Shown here piece by piece: positions 42,304 to 52,660 of a DNA stretch of 64,000 bases. The number at the start of each line of letters is the position of its first letter. The first letter of the stretch is position 1. Source of the DNA: Perkinsela sp. CCAP 1560/9 (taxonomy: Eukaryota > Protista > Euglenozoa: Kinetoplastea). The stretch covers positions 62,001 through 126,000 of the forward strand of contig CBFFSA010000016.1 of assembly GCA_965644495.1 (NCBI GenBank). Reading direction: 5' to 3'. The translations under genes were made by a program, and so were the position numbers. The notes under the pieces were generated by a model. That model did no database searches, had not been told where the DNA came from, and saw nothing but the letters and a program-made list of their open reading frames with translations.

Positions 42304-43632
42304 CTACCCCCGATCTCGCAGCTTATAATACATTCGGTGATTCGCCACGGGTCCTTGTTTCCTCGAAATACTCATATTCCCGTGCCTTAGCTCATTAAGC
42401 GTTTCTCGCATGCTATCCCGGGCCCCCGGCGAGTGCTCGCCTCCCGCAACCCCCCCCTCCTCCACATCCCTCGTCTCCACCTCTGTATCTCTCCACACCG
42501 TCTCCCCCGCGCCACCCTCCCCCTCCCCCTTTTCCCTCCCCGAACTCGCCACCTCGAGCCGGGGCCCAAACGCCCCCCTCGGGACTGTATCCAACGTAAA
42601 CCTCCCCAGCCTCCCCACCCGGAAGTCATTCACCAGCATCTCATGCACCGTCTGCTGCTGCACAATATTCAGCTGCGACATCCCACTCCGCCCGCTGCGC
42701 TCCCCCACCAGCGCCACGCAGTCCGCAAAGTTCAGCGGGACGCGGGGGATACGCAGGCACGCGGCCAAGTGGTGGAGCATCCCGGACCGTTTCAGTAGCG
42801 TGAACACGGTCTGGGCCAGGCCCTCGATCGGGAGCGAGCACGCGTTGTAGGGGATCACCCCGAGCAGCGCGAGCCGGTTCCCCGCGTGGTGGCTGAAGCA
42901 CCCCGGGAGGGTCAGCCCGGGGGTGTCGCACAACGCGATCGGGGGGTCGAGGGAAACGGGGATGGTTTTGACCTGCCGCGTGGTGCAGGGGGCCATGTGG
43001 ACCTGTTGGCCGTCACGGGGACGTTTGGATTCCCCGCGCATGAATTGGTACTCGTGGGAGAGACGGAGGGCGTTGATGAGGGTGGATTTGCCGACGTTGG
43101 GCATGCCGACGAGGAGACCGAGGTGGGGGGCGGTGTGGAAGGGGACCGCGGGGACACAGGAGGCGACGAAACGGATGACGGCGTGGGTGGTGAGACGCCA
43201 GGCTTGTTGCGCACAGGTGAAGAGCACGTGGGAGCCTCGGTTTTCGTAGTATTGCGCAACGAGACGGTTGACGTGCTCGTTGGAGAGGTCGGCTTTGTTG
43301 AATACGATGAGACGGGGTTTGGCTTGGACCAGGGTGTCGATGTCAGGGTTTGCGGTGGTGAAGGGCAGACGCGCGTCGCGCACCTCAAGGACAAAGTCGA
43401 CATGGCGCATACGACGCTCGAGTTCCTGGCGAGCCACGTTCATGTGGCCGAGGTACCACGCCGGGCCGCGGTCGGTGAGGTCCAGGTGGGCTTCGTTGCT
43501 CATGGAGACGCTGTCGCAGCGTTGGCAGGATTCCCGATACTTCCGCTCTGCTTTTTTAACGTTGCGCATAAACGCTGGGTCGTACAGGTTGCGTAGCGGG
43601 AGGGAGGGGCGAACAAGACCAGATATCAGCAT
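42304..43632 (-). CDS. MTG1: Mitochondrial ribosome-assembly GTPase (RbgA/YlqF family)
   Basis: WYLGHM, LEVRDARLP, NKADL, GMPNVGKSTLIN, DTPG, DFRVGRLG; circularly permuted G domain. First ATG at 43632. Confidence 0.9.
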   Translation of the reverse strand: MLISGLVRPSLPLRNLYDPAFMRNVKKAERKYRESCQRCDSVSMSNEAHLDLTDRGPAWYLGHMNVARQELERRMRHVDFVLEVRDARLPFTTANPDIDTLVQAKPRLIVFNKADLSNEHVNRLVAQYYENRGSHVLFTCAQQAWRLTTHAVIRFVASCVPAVPFHTAPHLGLLVGMPNVGKSTLINALRLSHEYQFMRGESKRPRDGQQVHMAPCTTRQVKTIPVSLDPPIALCDTPGLTLPGCFSHHAGNRLALLGVIPYNACSLPIEGLAQTVFTLLKRSGMLHHLAACLRIPRVPLNFADCVALVGERSGRSGMSQLNIVQQQTVHEMLVNDFRVGRLGRFTLDTVPRGAFGPRLEVASSGREKGEGEGGAGETVWRDTEVETRDVEEGGVAGGEHSPGARDSMRETLNELRHGNMSISRKQGPVANHRMYYKLRDRG

Positions 43633-43780
43633 AGCATAGAAAGAGAAAAAAGGGGTTGAGAAAACGTTTTTTTGGAGAGCTGATAATTCGGACTTAGAGA
43701 TACGAAGTCTAAACAATTACCTGCCGAATACACTCAAAAAGTGAACACCGGTTTGAAACTCGTGGATTAATCTCTCCCAA

Positions 43781-44938
43781 TTACCCATTCTTCACCTTTC
43801 GCTTCGCCTCCCGCTCTTTCATGATCCTTTCCGCATCCTCCTGCAACAGTGCCTGCCAGTCCAGTTCACTGGCCACGCCATCCCTCTCCTTCTCGAACGT
43901 TGCGGCGTCATACCCGTTCGAGATCCCCGAGTACAGCGCCCACGGCAGCGGCGTCACTCGGGACTTATCCAACGTGCACAGCTCCCCGCACCCGACAATC
44001 TCATAATCTCGTCGCGGGGCGGCACCAAACCCTGAACGGTTACGATGCATCCGTTCGACGACATCAAACCCCGCGAGTACGATCCCAAACACCTGCGGCA
44101 CCGCCTGCCCGGCTGCCGTGTGAATACAAAAATTCGGGCTCTGTTTATTCGGGGAGTAGGCCAGCGCGGTCAGTGCCCCCCTCCACGGCCCCGTCGACTG
44201 CCCATCCTCTCGCGGGAGATGCCGCGGGTTAAAATCCGGCACCCCATGCGTCATCTCCGCCCCCTGCCCGAACACCGCCACATTATGGTTCATCAGGGCC
44301 ATAAGTTTTTGACCGCGAAACGAGCCCCCGTCGGGGGCCGCGATCCCGCAACACAACCTGTGAAAGTACTCCGTGTACAACGGACACTGCTCCGTTAGCA
44401 AACCAAACACCACTCTCGAGGGGGGGTGTCCGTCCTCGGAGATATCAAAATAGGTCACGGCGCCAACACGCATCTGTGCGGGGACATTGGCCGTGCCTCG
44501 GATCTTTCGATCCGCGGCCACCGTGGAGTAATACACTAAAGCGACAAAGAAAATAAAAACAAGCAGCGTGATGAAATGGGTGAGACGACGGAGGTAGCGC
44601 AGGTACTGTGCGCGCTCCTCGGTCCAGGCCGTGAGCAGGAGCTCGAGCTCGGTGAAGAGTTTTCGGGGAAGGAACTCCTCGACCAGGATAAGGGGGAGAC
44701 GCTCGATGCGGATGAGAGCGTCGGTGCCTCGGGGGGTTAGGGCGTTGTGGGGGGCGGTGAGGTCGCGGGGTGGGGGTTTCGTGAGCGCAGGGACGGTGGT
44801 ACAGGCCCGTTTGGGGGTTGTGAGGGGGAGGAACCGGGGTGGGAGACTCCGTTGGGTGGCTGGGGCAATGGACCATATTTCGGATCGTAGGTAAAGAGAG
44901 GTCCCGCGCAAGGTCGTTCTTGAAAAGTTCCGAAACAT
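43781..44938 (-). CDS. Membrane-anchored cyclophilin-like protein, probably mitochondrial
   Basis: Presequence-like N-terminus, one TM segment, then YFDI...RVVFGL...CP..TEYF.RLC.G...SFRG and VFG.VLAGFDVV..M...IVGCGEL. Confidence 0.75.
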   Translation of the reverse strand: MFRNFSRTTLRGTSLYLRSEIWSIAPATQRSLPPRFLPLTTPKRACTTVPALTKPPPRDLTAPHNALTPRGTDALIRIERLPLILVEEFLPRKLFTELELLLTAWTEERAQYLRYLRRLTHFITLLVFIFFVALVYYSTVAADRKIRGTANVPAQMRVGAVTYFDISEDGHPPSRVVFGLLTEQCPLYTEYFHRLCCGIAAPDGGSFRGQKLMALMNHNVAVFGQGAEMTHGVPDFNPRHLPREDGQSTGPWRGALTALAYSPNKQSPNFCIHTAAGQAVPQVFGIVLAGFDVVERMHRNRSGFGAAPRRDYEIVGCGELCTLDKSRVTPLPWALYSGISNGYDAATFEKERDGVASELDWQALLQEDAERIMKEREAKRKVKNG

Positions 44939-45126
44939 GGGAATGAGAAATGTTGAAAAGGGGTAGTTTTTTCTAAAATTCGTATGGAAATTACTCCGTG
45001 CTCAAGAATGTGAGGTTTCTCAAACTCTCTTTATTTCTATCAAACAAAAACATTTATTAAATTTTTATGACTGATTGGCAAGGCGGTAAGCAAGACTGGA
45101 AAAAAGAATGTCTCACATTTTTCAGC

Positions 45127-46425
45127 TCATATCATTTTTAGTGCTAGGCACCGAGTGACGCCATGTTCGTCCAGCTGTGCCTGGTTGATATACATAGGAG
45201 CGAAGGAGTTGATCTGACTCACTATGGACGCACCGCACCACGCGGAGTGTGAGCCATGCTGACTGGACAGAAAAGTCGGGTGAGCTCTCATGTGACTTGT
45301 TGGCTTCTTGTTTTGTGACAAAAGCAAAGGTTCCAACTCATGTTGCAGCCGATGCGAAAAGTTTTTAATGTAGTGTAGGCCACCGCCACAGGTAAGAACG
45401 GTACTTGCCAAAGCATCTCGCGTGAGTGGGGATACTTGGGAGAGCGTATGCACAACAAGGTCTTGTACACTGCGGGGTACCGACAGAGAGTGTTGATTTT
45501 CCTCCTGAAGGGCATTGGGGTGCCAGTGAGTCAGCTTACCGAAGAACGTACACGAGTCCGGGCTCGAGAGATCGAGTGGTTGAAACAAAGGCTCTGTTAA
45601 ACCAAAACGTTCCAGGCCCAATTGAATTCGACACCCGTCAGGTAGGACGCATTCCGACTTCTTTCGCAAAAAATGTCTTGATAGTGGAAAAAGCGGTGTT
45701 TTGTCAAACACTTCCAAGCACTGATGTTTCACCTTGGTAAGAAGCGCGTCCTTCATTAACAAAGAATATCTAGAAAAGGGATCTATCCCGTCTTCCGGTG
45801 AGATGGGCTGTCTAGGGCACAGAAGACGTTGTAGTGCCAAAGTGATGTCCAGCCCTCCAAGTGGAATATCGGATTCAGTTCTTCTCAATGTATACCCCTC
45901 ATGCACTGCAACACACGAGGTAGTTGTGTTTCCCCCTTCAAGGACCACTCCAGTAGCCCGACCAACAGAGAAGCATTGCGCGGAGGCTGAAGAGACCAAT
46001 GCGACAGTGTAAATGTTGTTGCACGTGAGAAGAGATTGCAAGAGACTTTCGCACTGGTTACGGTCATACTCTCGAGGTGCTACCACCACAAGTGGGGGAG
46101 TAAAATTACAGGACTCTGTGGGGGTGAAGGCTTCCTGTGAAAGATAGCGGTGCTTTTCTGACGTGGTGTGAATAAACTGGGCAAGAGTATCAGGCTCCAT
46201 TTTCCGATGCCATGTGGATTCGTTGCAGGGTGCTTCGATACTGTTTGTAGTCGTCGACGGGTCAAAATTTTCTGTGACATAATTCTCTATGCAAGGATGC
46301 CGTAGCGTGCGTGGACTGTAGTAGGCATTCAGGCCTGCGCGAAAAGTGTGAGACCCGGGGTCTACAATGAGCGATAAGGTAGTATCGCGGGCAAAGGTGT
46401 GGTGAATCACTGTAGGTTCTGTCAT
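45127..46425 (-). CDS. Actin-related protein (ARP4-like)
   Basis: IVDPGSHTFRAG, FSVGRATGVVLEGG, AVHEGY, LGGLDIT, LPDG..I.LGLERF..TEPLF, AWCGASIVS. Confidence 0.85.
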   Translation of the reverse strand: MTEPTVIHHTFARDTTLSLIVDPGSHTFRAGLNAYYSPRTLRHPCIENYVTENFDPSTTTNSIEAPCNESTWHRKMEPDTLAQFIHTTSEKHRYLSQEAFTPTESCNFTPPLVVVAPREYDRNQCESLLQSLLTCNNIYTVALVSSASAQCFSVGRATGVVLEGGNTTTSCVAVHEGYTLRRTESDIPLGGLDITLALQRLLCPRQPISPEDGIDPFSRYSLLMKDALLTKVKHQCLEVFDKTPLFPLSRHFLRKKSECVLPDGCRIQLGLERFGLTEPLFQPLDLSSPDSCTFFGKLTHWHPNALQEENQHSLSVPRSVQDLVVHTLSQVSPLTRDALASTVLTCGGGLHYIKNFSHRLQHELEPLLLSQNKKPTSHMRAHPTFLSSQHGSHSAWCGASIVSQINSFAPMYINQAQLDEHGVTRCLALKMI

Positions 46426-46766
46426 CTATGAACAGAGTGCTTCCGTGGCATTCGTTTAATAGTACGAAAGTGGGCTAGAAATAATGTTGGTAATCTAATG
46501 GTATCGTAAAAGAGTGGCTGGATCAACTACTTAGTGACAAAAATCACATCTGAGCAATTTTTCTTAATCAAATAAAAAATATGGAAAAACGAATAGCAAA
46601 GCTAGAAATTGTTTGATAATGGTGTGTAAAGCAAAAAATAGTTCGCTTTGATAAATGAAGAAACTTAATTCCGCAATCAAGTTGATTGCACTTGCTGCTA
46701 TTGATTCCTTAGCAGTAAGAGATGCACCGCCCGAGCCTCGCGCAAAAGCATATCAAGGAAATTTGA

Positions 46767-46808
46767 GCCCGTCAAAGCCCGTCAAGTTTAAAGCCCGTCA
46801 AAGCCCAG
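46767..46808. repeat. Short AAAGCCCGTC repeat cluster
   Basis: gcccgtcaaagcccgtcaagtttaaagcccgtcaaagcccag; may be subterminal repeats of a lost element. Confidence 0.6.
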
Positions 46809-46930
46809 ATTTCACTTCACAGCCCAATTGTTCGCCATTATATCATACTTAACTTAGCACACTACGCACTATATGTATGGAAGATACATGGAAAACCATC
46901 GGTATCCCGTTTTATTCAAGATCTCCCAAT

Positions 46931-48445
46931 CTAACAGATGCTAATCACCCGGGTCTGGTTCGCAAACCCCTTCGTCTTAGAATCCGCATGGACACAGACC
47001 GCAAGGTCCCCAGGGGCCAAAAAGCCTAGCGACTTGGCTCCCTCTGTCACCTTCGCAACTCGCTTCTCCTTGTCCATGTCCCCTCCCATTTGGTCGGCGT
47101 CATAGAACACTGGAAACACAGCGCGCACAATCGCGAGCTGTCGGCACACAGTCTCTGAGGCACTGACACACACAATCGGGCATGGCGGGTGGTATTTGGC
47201 AATCAGTCGCGCGGTCTTGCCTGTGTTCGTGAGCACTAAAATCGCCCGCGCACGCAACTCCAAGGCGCTGTTCACGGCGGAACACGCCACGGACTCCTCG
47301 GTGAGCATGGGAACACTCTGAAGGTGCTTGATGGAGGAAAACATGATACCCTCACAGGTCACCGCCTGGGCCTCCTTGCAAATACGGGACATAACATTTA
47401 CCACGGTGTTGGGGTAGAGCCCTTTGGCAGTCTCCCCACTTAGCATTACGCAGTCTGCACCGTCCAGGACGGCGTTGGCGACGTCGCTGACCTCCGCACG
47501 GGTGGGACGAGGATTCTTCGTCATGGACTCCAGCATTTGCGTGGCACAGATCACCGGCTTTCCTGCAATGTTACATTTCGCAATAATCATTTTCTGCGCG
47601 ACGAATACTTTCTCGGGGTCGATCTCCACCCCGAGGTCACCTCGAGCAACCATAATCCCGTCACTGGCGGCAATAATTTCGTCAATGTTGTGCAGCCCCT
47701 GGTGGTTCTCAATCTTACTAATGACGAGAACATCATCCCGTCCGAGCGCCGCACGTACCTCGCGCACCTGTGAGGCATTACGAATAAACGAAGCAAACAC
47801 CATATCCACTCCGATCTTCGAGGCCCACTGCAAATCCCGTCGGTCCTTGTCCGAGACCGCGGGCAAATCCACATCCTTGTTCGGAAGGTTGCACCCTTTT
47901 TTTGAGGACAGCGTCGAGGGGATGATCACGACAACATCCAGATAGTCCGTCCCGACTGCCGTGACTTCGAGCCCCAGCAGCCCGTCATCGACATAAATCC
48001 GGTCCCCGATGCCCATCACCGTAGTAAGGCTCTCACAGTCAATAAACAACATGTCCCGGTTTCCCTTCTCCCGCCACGCGGGGTCCGTGGTGAGTCGCAT
48101 CTTGTGGTTCTTCTCCAGCGTGATCTCCCCCTCCGGGATCACGCCCGTTCGAATCTCCGGGCCCCGCGTGTCCAGCGCAATCCCCACGTGCACGCCGAGA
48201 TCCTTGGAGGCCTTGCGGGCATTCGCGACCGTGCGCCCGTGGAACTCCTCATCGCCATGGGAGAAGTTCATCCGGACGACATTCATCCCCTCGGAGATGA
48301 GGCCGTGGATGGACTCGTAGGACTGGGTGTTGGGGCCGATGGTGCAGATGATCTTGTTGGCACGGAACGCGGCCTGGGGGTTGCGGTAGACGTCGAGCTC
48401 CGCGTTGTGCTCGGATTGAGATTTCGGGGTCACAGAAAAGGACAT
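46931..48445 (-). CDS. PYK: Pyruvate kinase, kinetoplastid type
   Basis: IICTIGP, RMNFSHG, ISKIEN, GIMVARGDLGVE, ATQMLESM, PRPTRAE, MLSGETAKG; C-terminal HADSKTKGFANQTR like the trypanosomatid effector loop. First ATG at 48445. Confidence 0.98.
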   Translation of the reverse strand: MSFSVTPKSQSEHNAELDVYRNPQAAFRANKIICTIGPNTQSYESIHGLISEGMNVVRMNFSHGDEEFHGRTVANARKASKDLGVHVGIALDTRGPEIRTGVIPEGEITLEKNHKMRLTTDPAWREKGNRDMLFIDCESLTTVMGIGDRIYVDDGLLGLEVTAVGTDYLDVVVIIPSTLSSKKGCNLPNKDVDLPAVSDKDRRDLQWASKIGVDMVFASFIRNASQVREVRAALGRDDVLVISKIENHQGLHNIDEIIAASDGIMVARGDLGVEIDPEKVFVAQKMIIAKCNIAGKPVICATQMLESMTKNPRPTRAEVSDVANAVLDGADCVMLSGETAKGLYPNTVVNVMSRICKEAQAVTCEGIMFSSIKHLQSVPMLTEESVACSAVNSALELRARAILVLTNTGKTARLIAKYHPPCPIVCVSASETVCRQLAIVRAVFPVFYDADQMGGDMDKEKRVAKVTEGAKSLGFLAPGDLAVCVHADSKTKGFANQTRVISIC

Positions 48446-48717
48446 GGGAGGTGGGGGTAAAGAAGGAAGGAAAAAATGGGAAGGAAGAGCTAGAAACGTT
48501 TCATGGGTAGATTGATTGGAACAAAAAATTACCAATATTCTTTTGGACACGTACGGTAGATACACTAGTTTTGTTTCCGGATTTACTAGACAAGTGCCAC
48601 AATATAAAGTTGCTTAAAATGCTAATACATGTATGTGACAATGCCTAGCAGAACGATGTGCACTGTTGATAGGACTACTGTTTGTGATGTAAACATTCCT
48701 TCACATTCCGGTTACTC

Positions 48718-49281
48718 CTAACCATTCGAAGGGAGTAACACGGAACTTCCGGGGTGAAATGCAATACGAGGTACATGTTTGGCCCCGGGCAACGACACTA
48801 CATTTGTGTTTAACCTCTCCCCAGAAGGGTAGAATGCCTCCGGGGGTTTTTCTAGAGATTGATTTTCAATCTGTTCAGATTTATCTTCCACAGCGGCTCG
48901 TGGGGTGTAGTTCACCCATGATACCATATTGGGGAACGGGTGAACGCGCAGGGGCTGGAATTGTCTGGGTCGTATCAGTCGCTCATAGCACTTTGCGCAC
49001 TGCAGCGTGTTAGCTCGAAAGTCGCAAGCCAGGATATCCGCGGTGACGCCCATGCGCCCACACCGGGAACAATTAAACCGAACATGGGAGTCCAGCTGAT
49101 AGAGCGTGTGCGTGGAGCCGTGCGCGTTCGCATCCGGGGGGAGCGGCTTCTCACGTCGCGGCCACTCAATGAGCTGAGCTGCGGAGAGGGTGGGTAATCC
49201 TTGTAGAGCCTGCAGGCCCACGTTAACACGATCCGTCATACTTGGGGTTTTCGTCTTTTGACGCTCACGTTTGTGAGACAT
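48718..49281 (-). CDS. Hypothetical protein with a CxxC...CxxC zinc ribbon
   Basis: YQLDSHVRFNCSRCG...LQCAKCY; correct strand, ATG start. Confidence 0.7.
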   Translation of the reverse strand: MSHKRERQKTKTPSMTDRVNVGLQALQGLPTLSAAQLIEWPRREKPLPPDANAHGSTHTLYQLDSHVRFNCSRCGRMGVTADILACDFRANTLQCAKCYERLIRPRQFQPLRVHPFPNMVSWVNYTPRAAVEDKSEQIENQSLEKPPEAFYPSGERLNTNVVSLPGAKHVPRIAFHPGSSVLLPSNG

Positions 49282-49500
49282 GGGTGAGCGGAATAATGTA
49301 GTAAATGAATTGCTCTTAATTTTTTCATGAACTCAATATTATAAAAAAGTAGATATACATGATGTAGATATGCAGATGTACTGTTGATGTATGATGTATG
49401 TTTTGGAGAACAATCTTTTCAAATGGGCTTACAGTGTGCCAAGTTGGTAAAGTCCCAATAAATGATTTTCCAAAAATGTTAAAGTTTTCTCGCAACAAAC

Positions 49501-49948
49501 TGAATTGAGACCAGACGGGTGGGTGAAGTTGCACAACGGGTCGGAATACATCATTGAGCTGACTTCCCCTTGGGAAGAAAACTTCACAGACGCACACGAG
49601 CGTAAGGTTCGTAAATACTCTCACATCTATAACGAGAGGAAATTAGAAAACCCTTCCACTTTCCTCCTGCTTTTTGAAGTTGGGGCAAGAGGAAAGTTAA
49701 ACGCCACAACCCGCGCGCTGAACTCTCTCTTCGGAGGATGCAAGAGCCTTGCCTCCGAGTGCAGGGAGAGAATGGTCCAGCGGGCACTCCGGGGAAGCTT
49801 TGTTATCTACCAGCACCGCGACAACCCCACGTGGGAGGTGCAAAGCTTCCAATAAAGTGGTAATCCCCGAGTAAGTAGCACGTTTTGAGCGTGCTTACCT
49901 ACCTAGGGCTAATCTCTGCAGTAATAACTGCATGATTAATATACTATG
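49501..49948 (+). mobile_element. 5'-truncated RLE-type non-LTR retrotransposon (endonuclease domain + 3' UTR)
   Basis: LRPD...IIELTSPWEEN...AHERK..KY...FEVGARG (restriction-like endonuclease); exact 10-bp direct repeat CGCAACAAAC at 49491-49500 and 49949-49958; 3' hairpins AGCACG..CGTGCT and TGCAGT-AATA-ACTGCA. Confidence 0.9.
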
Positions 49949-50184
49949 CGCAACAAACCCAAAATTCAACACTGAATAGGGAGGGTAGCGCTCAATAGTA
50001 AATAGGGGAGATGGTAGTTACTTTTTCCCATTCTTTTTCCCTTTTCGAGGGTTTCGCCTAAACAAATGTCAATAAAAAAATGTCAATCTGTCATTGATTT
50101 CATTTTATCTCCTTTGTTAAATTATGACAACGGACAACCACACACAACTTGCACTGGAAAACGTCGTCCAAGACTTACTTCCAA

Positions 50185-50720
50185 CTAGAAATGCACAGCT
50201 AACAAGGGAACAGAGTTACCCTTAATAGTTACCCAAAATCGGTGATAACGACAAAAAAAAACTATTCCGGTACCCATGATAATTGCACCTTTTAAAAAAG
50301 GGAAGCACGAATTTCCAGGAACGAAACTATGCAACGAATAATTCAAGCACGTAAAGAAACCTGGCGGCAGCTGTAAGGTAGACACATTGCCTTGGGAGGT
50401 CTCTCAGCTTCACGAGAAAAGATGCCACTTTCGGCACCTTAGAATTAAACCACCTCTCCTTTACGGTTGCCGACTCCCCAATGTTGGCCGCAAGGAGTTT
50501 CACCCCATCCGGGAAATGCTCCATTTTGGTGTCTACGAACTCGTTGTATAGCTCGTGAGGGGATTACGAGTCCCGGGTCTCTTCATCTACACATGGCAAC
50601 TGCATCTCGGGTCTCTGCAGCTACACGTGACAAGCTCTCTGCACGTGGGCCGCCAGCTCTCCGCACACATCCACCTCCGGCGAGGGCAACCCCTCACGCG
50701 ATCCACCCGTCGTGTGTGGG
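50185..50720 (-). pseudogene. Possible degenerate coding relic (LP-type LRR family?)
   Basis: Broken frames containing MEHFPDGVKLL, VKLRDLPRQ, STLQLPPG with stops and frameshifts. Confidence 0.3.
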
Positions 50721-50867
50721 TAAGGATATTGTGCGAATTATCTCTGTACTACAAGTGGATAAAAAAAACTTATCTGCAGCTATAGCCCTCCGAACATATT
50801 GTCTACATACCCATCCATAGCCTACCTACCCACCATTGAACTTCTAGTCTTATCCGAAATTATGGTT

Positions 50868-52547
50868 TTATCCGAAATTACCGGAATCGGTTATTTCAAT
50901 AATTGAATTATCTGCAACTCCGTAGTAGTGGAGGTCTCGGACATCGTCGTTTATCTCTACTCCTGAATGAGAGGAAGCCTGTTCTCGTAATGAGAGCCTT
51001 TGATATTGTGGTGGAATGGCGAATAGTGTGCGAACAAGTCTTTTGAGCTGAAGTATTGACATGTTCAAAGAAAGAGCTTTTTGTATATCACTTTGACTTA
51101 TGGTCACTGGCCGTAATATGACTTTTACCAATCGATCCATACCCCGCTGATTGTGTACTTTGTTTTGGCCTGCATTATTTGCCATGTCCGTGGAATTCAT
51201 CATAGTACGAAGAACTGCATTGTGTGTTTCGTAATGGCAAAACCAAGGAGATGTAGTCTGCGCAAGCACTTTCGCCTGATCCACCAAAAAGTTCGACATT
51301 TTTACCTTTTGCTTCTGGTGTGCATTCTGTACTTCTGGTGTGCATTCTGTCGTCCCTAGACATGAAAGCCCGAGGTCTTGGTTAATGCGTTTCGCTGCGT
51401 CTACGTAAAACTTTGCCATTTCTTTTCTTTCCGTATGTTGAATCGAACTGCCATTCAGCATCTCAAGCTTTGGAATCTGACATGCAATCGCAATGCGTTG
51501 TAAGCGCATCTCGTGATTTCCTAGTACAGATCTACAAAAGGTTGTATACGTCAATCTAAGGCATTTCAATTTTTGAATTACTCCAAGGTGACGAATACTC
51601 CAATAAGAACTGAGATCCGAATTCTCTGGTTCGAATGGACAGTTTTCAATAGAGAGTGATTCAAGGTACGGAAGTGCAGCGCCAAGGTATTCTAGCTCAT
51701 AGAAATTCGTGAAAGCGTTTCCCGTAAGCATTAAATTTTTTGTACATGGAAAGAAGCGAAGTGCCAAAGCTAAATCTCTCCACGAGTGAAGTTCATTATT
51801 GCTCAGATTTAATAAGCATAAGGAACTGCACTTTTCATCATTTTCTGGTTCAGAATTGCTGAGTTCTCTCAAATGATTGCTTTCTAGATGAAGTTCTCGA
51901 AGTGCACTAAAATTTGGAATCTGAGTAACGATGTCATTCCATTCTATTGCACAGTTGTTCAAAATAACTGTATGCAGCTGTTTAAATCCAGATAAGTTTT
52001 CTACAGAAGACGTATATGGCCAAATGCGTTTCTGATCGTCTTCAACCTCCGATGGCCATGTCTTCGAGTGATCCGTTTTCTCTGCAGCCCAACTTTCAGT
52101 GTTTCCACAAACAGAAAATTTCATTCGATGAGCACACCTTGAGATATGAAGCAACCTTAGTTGCGGTAAAGCGGTTATCAGCTTTTGGATATCCTTCCAA
52201 TAATGTACTACGGGCTCTTCCAAGTATAATTCCTTTAGTAATGGAAGCCTATCAGATATCCCATCTATTTGATCCTCCATCTCATGGAGAGTAACCCTTT
52301 GGAGAGTAGCTACCCGAAGCTTATGCAGTGCAGATTGTCGAGTAAACGTTTTATCCATTCCTATTAACGTCCAGTTCGGGTGTGAAATATGAGTTGCTGC
52401 ATCGTTGGGGCCGTTAGATGAGCTGAAAAGAGAGTTATCCAGGTATGGACTCGCATACCTATCCTTGACAGCTTCAAGAAAAGAAAGGGGTGCGCATGAA
52501 GTCATTCGATAAGAATATTTCTGAGGTCCTATATCTGATATCAACAT
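50868..52547 (-). CDS. Tubulin cofactor E / TBCE-like protein (LRR + C-terminal ubiquitin-like)
   Basis: SFLEAVKDRY, IGMDK, LRR repeats, LEMLNGS.I...ER, C-terminal Ubl (LKRLV..LF.IP...QRL...DDVRDLHYYGV); no CAP-Gly. Confidence 0.8.
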   Translation of the reverse strand: MLISDIGPQKYSYRMTSCAPLSFLEAVKDRYASPYLDNSLFSSSNGPNDAATHISHPNWTLIGMDKTFTRQSALHKLRVATLQRVTLHEMEDQIDGISDRLPLLKELYLEEPVVHYWKDIQKLITALPQLRLLHISRCAHRMKFSVCGNTESWAAEKTDHSKTWPSEVEDDQKRIWPYTSSVENLSGFKQLHTVILNNCAIEWNDIVTQIPNFSALRELHLESNHLRELSNSEPENDEKCSSLCLLNLSNNELHSWRDLALALRFFPCTKNLMLTGNAFTNFYELEYLGAALPYLESLSIENCPFEPENSDLSSYWSIRHLGVIQKLKCLRLTYTTFCRSVLGNHEMRLQRIAIACQIPKLEMLNGSSIQHTERKEMAKFYVDAAKRINQDLGLSCLGTTECTPEVQNAHQKQKVKMSNFLVDQAKVLAQTTSPWFCHYETHNAVLRTMMNSTDMANNAGQNKVHNQRGMDRLVKVILRPVTISQSDIQKALSLNMSILQLKRLVRTLFAIPPQYQRLSLREQASSHSGVEINDDVRDLHYYGVADNSIIEITDSGNFG

Positions 52548-52660
52548 TATATGTTTGTTAATTCTACAATCTAATAGATTCGGGTAATTTGAATATCTTT
52601 ACGAAAGTTATTGTTTGAGTTATTTACCTCTCGGCATATTATCAGGTTATACAGCCCGTG

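Noticed and set aside
42387-44894. Many overlapping 100-240 aa ORFs on the + strand and alternate frames (also around 47-48 kb and 53-55 kb)
   Set aside because: Shadow ORFs from high GC and few stops opposite real genes; low-complexity translations.
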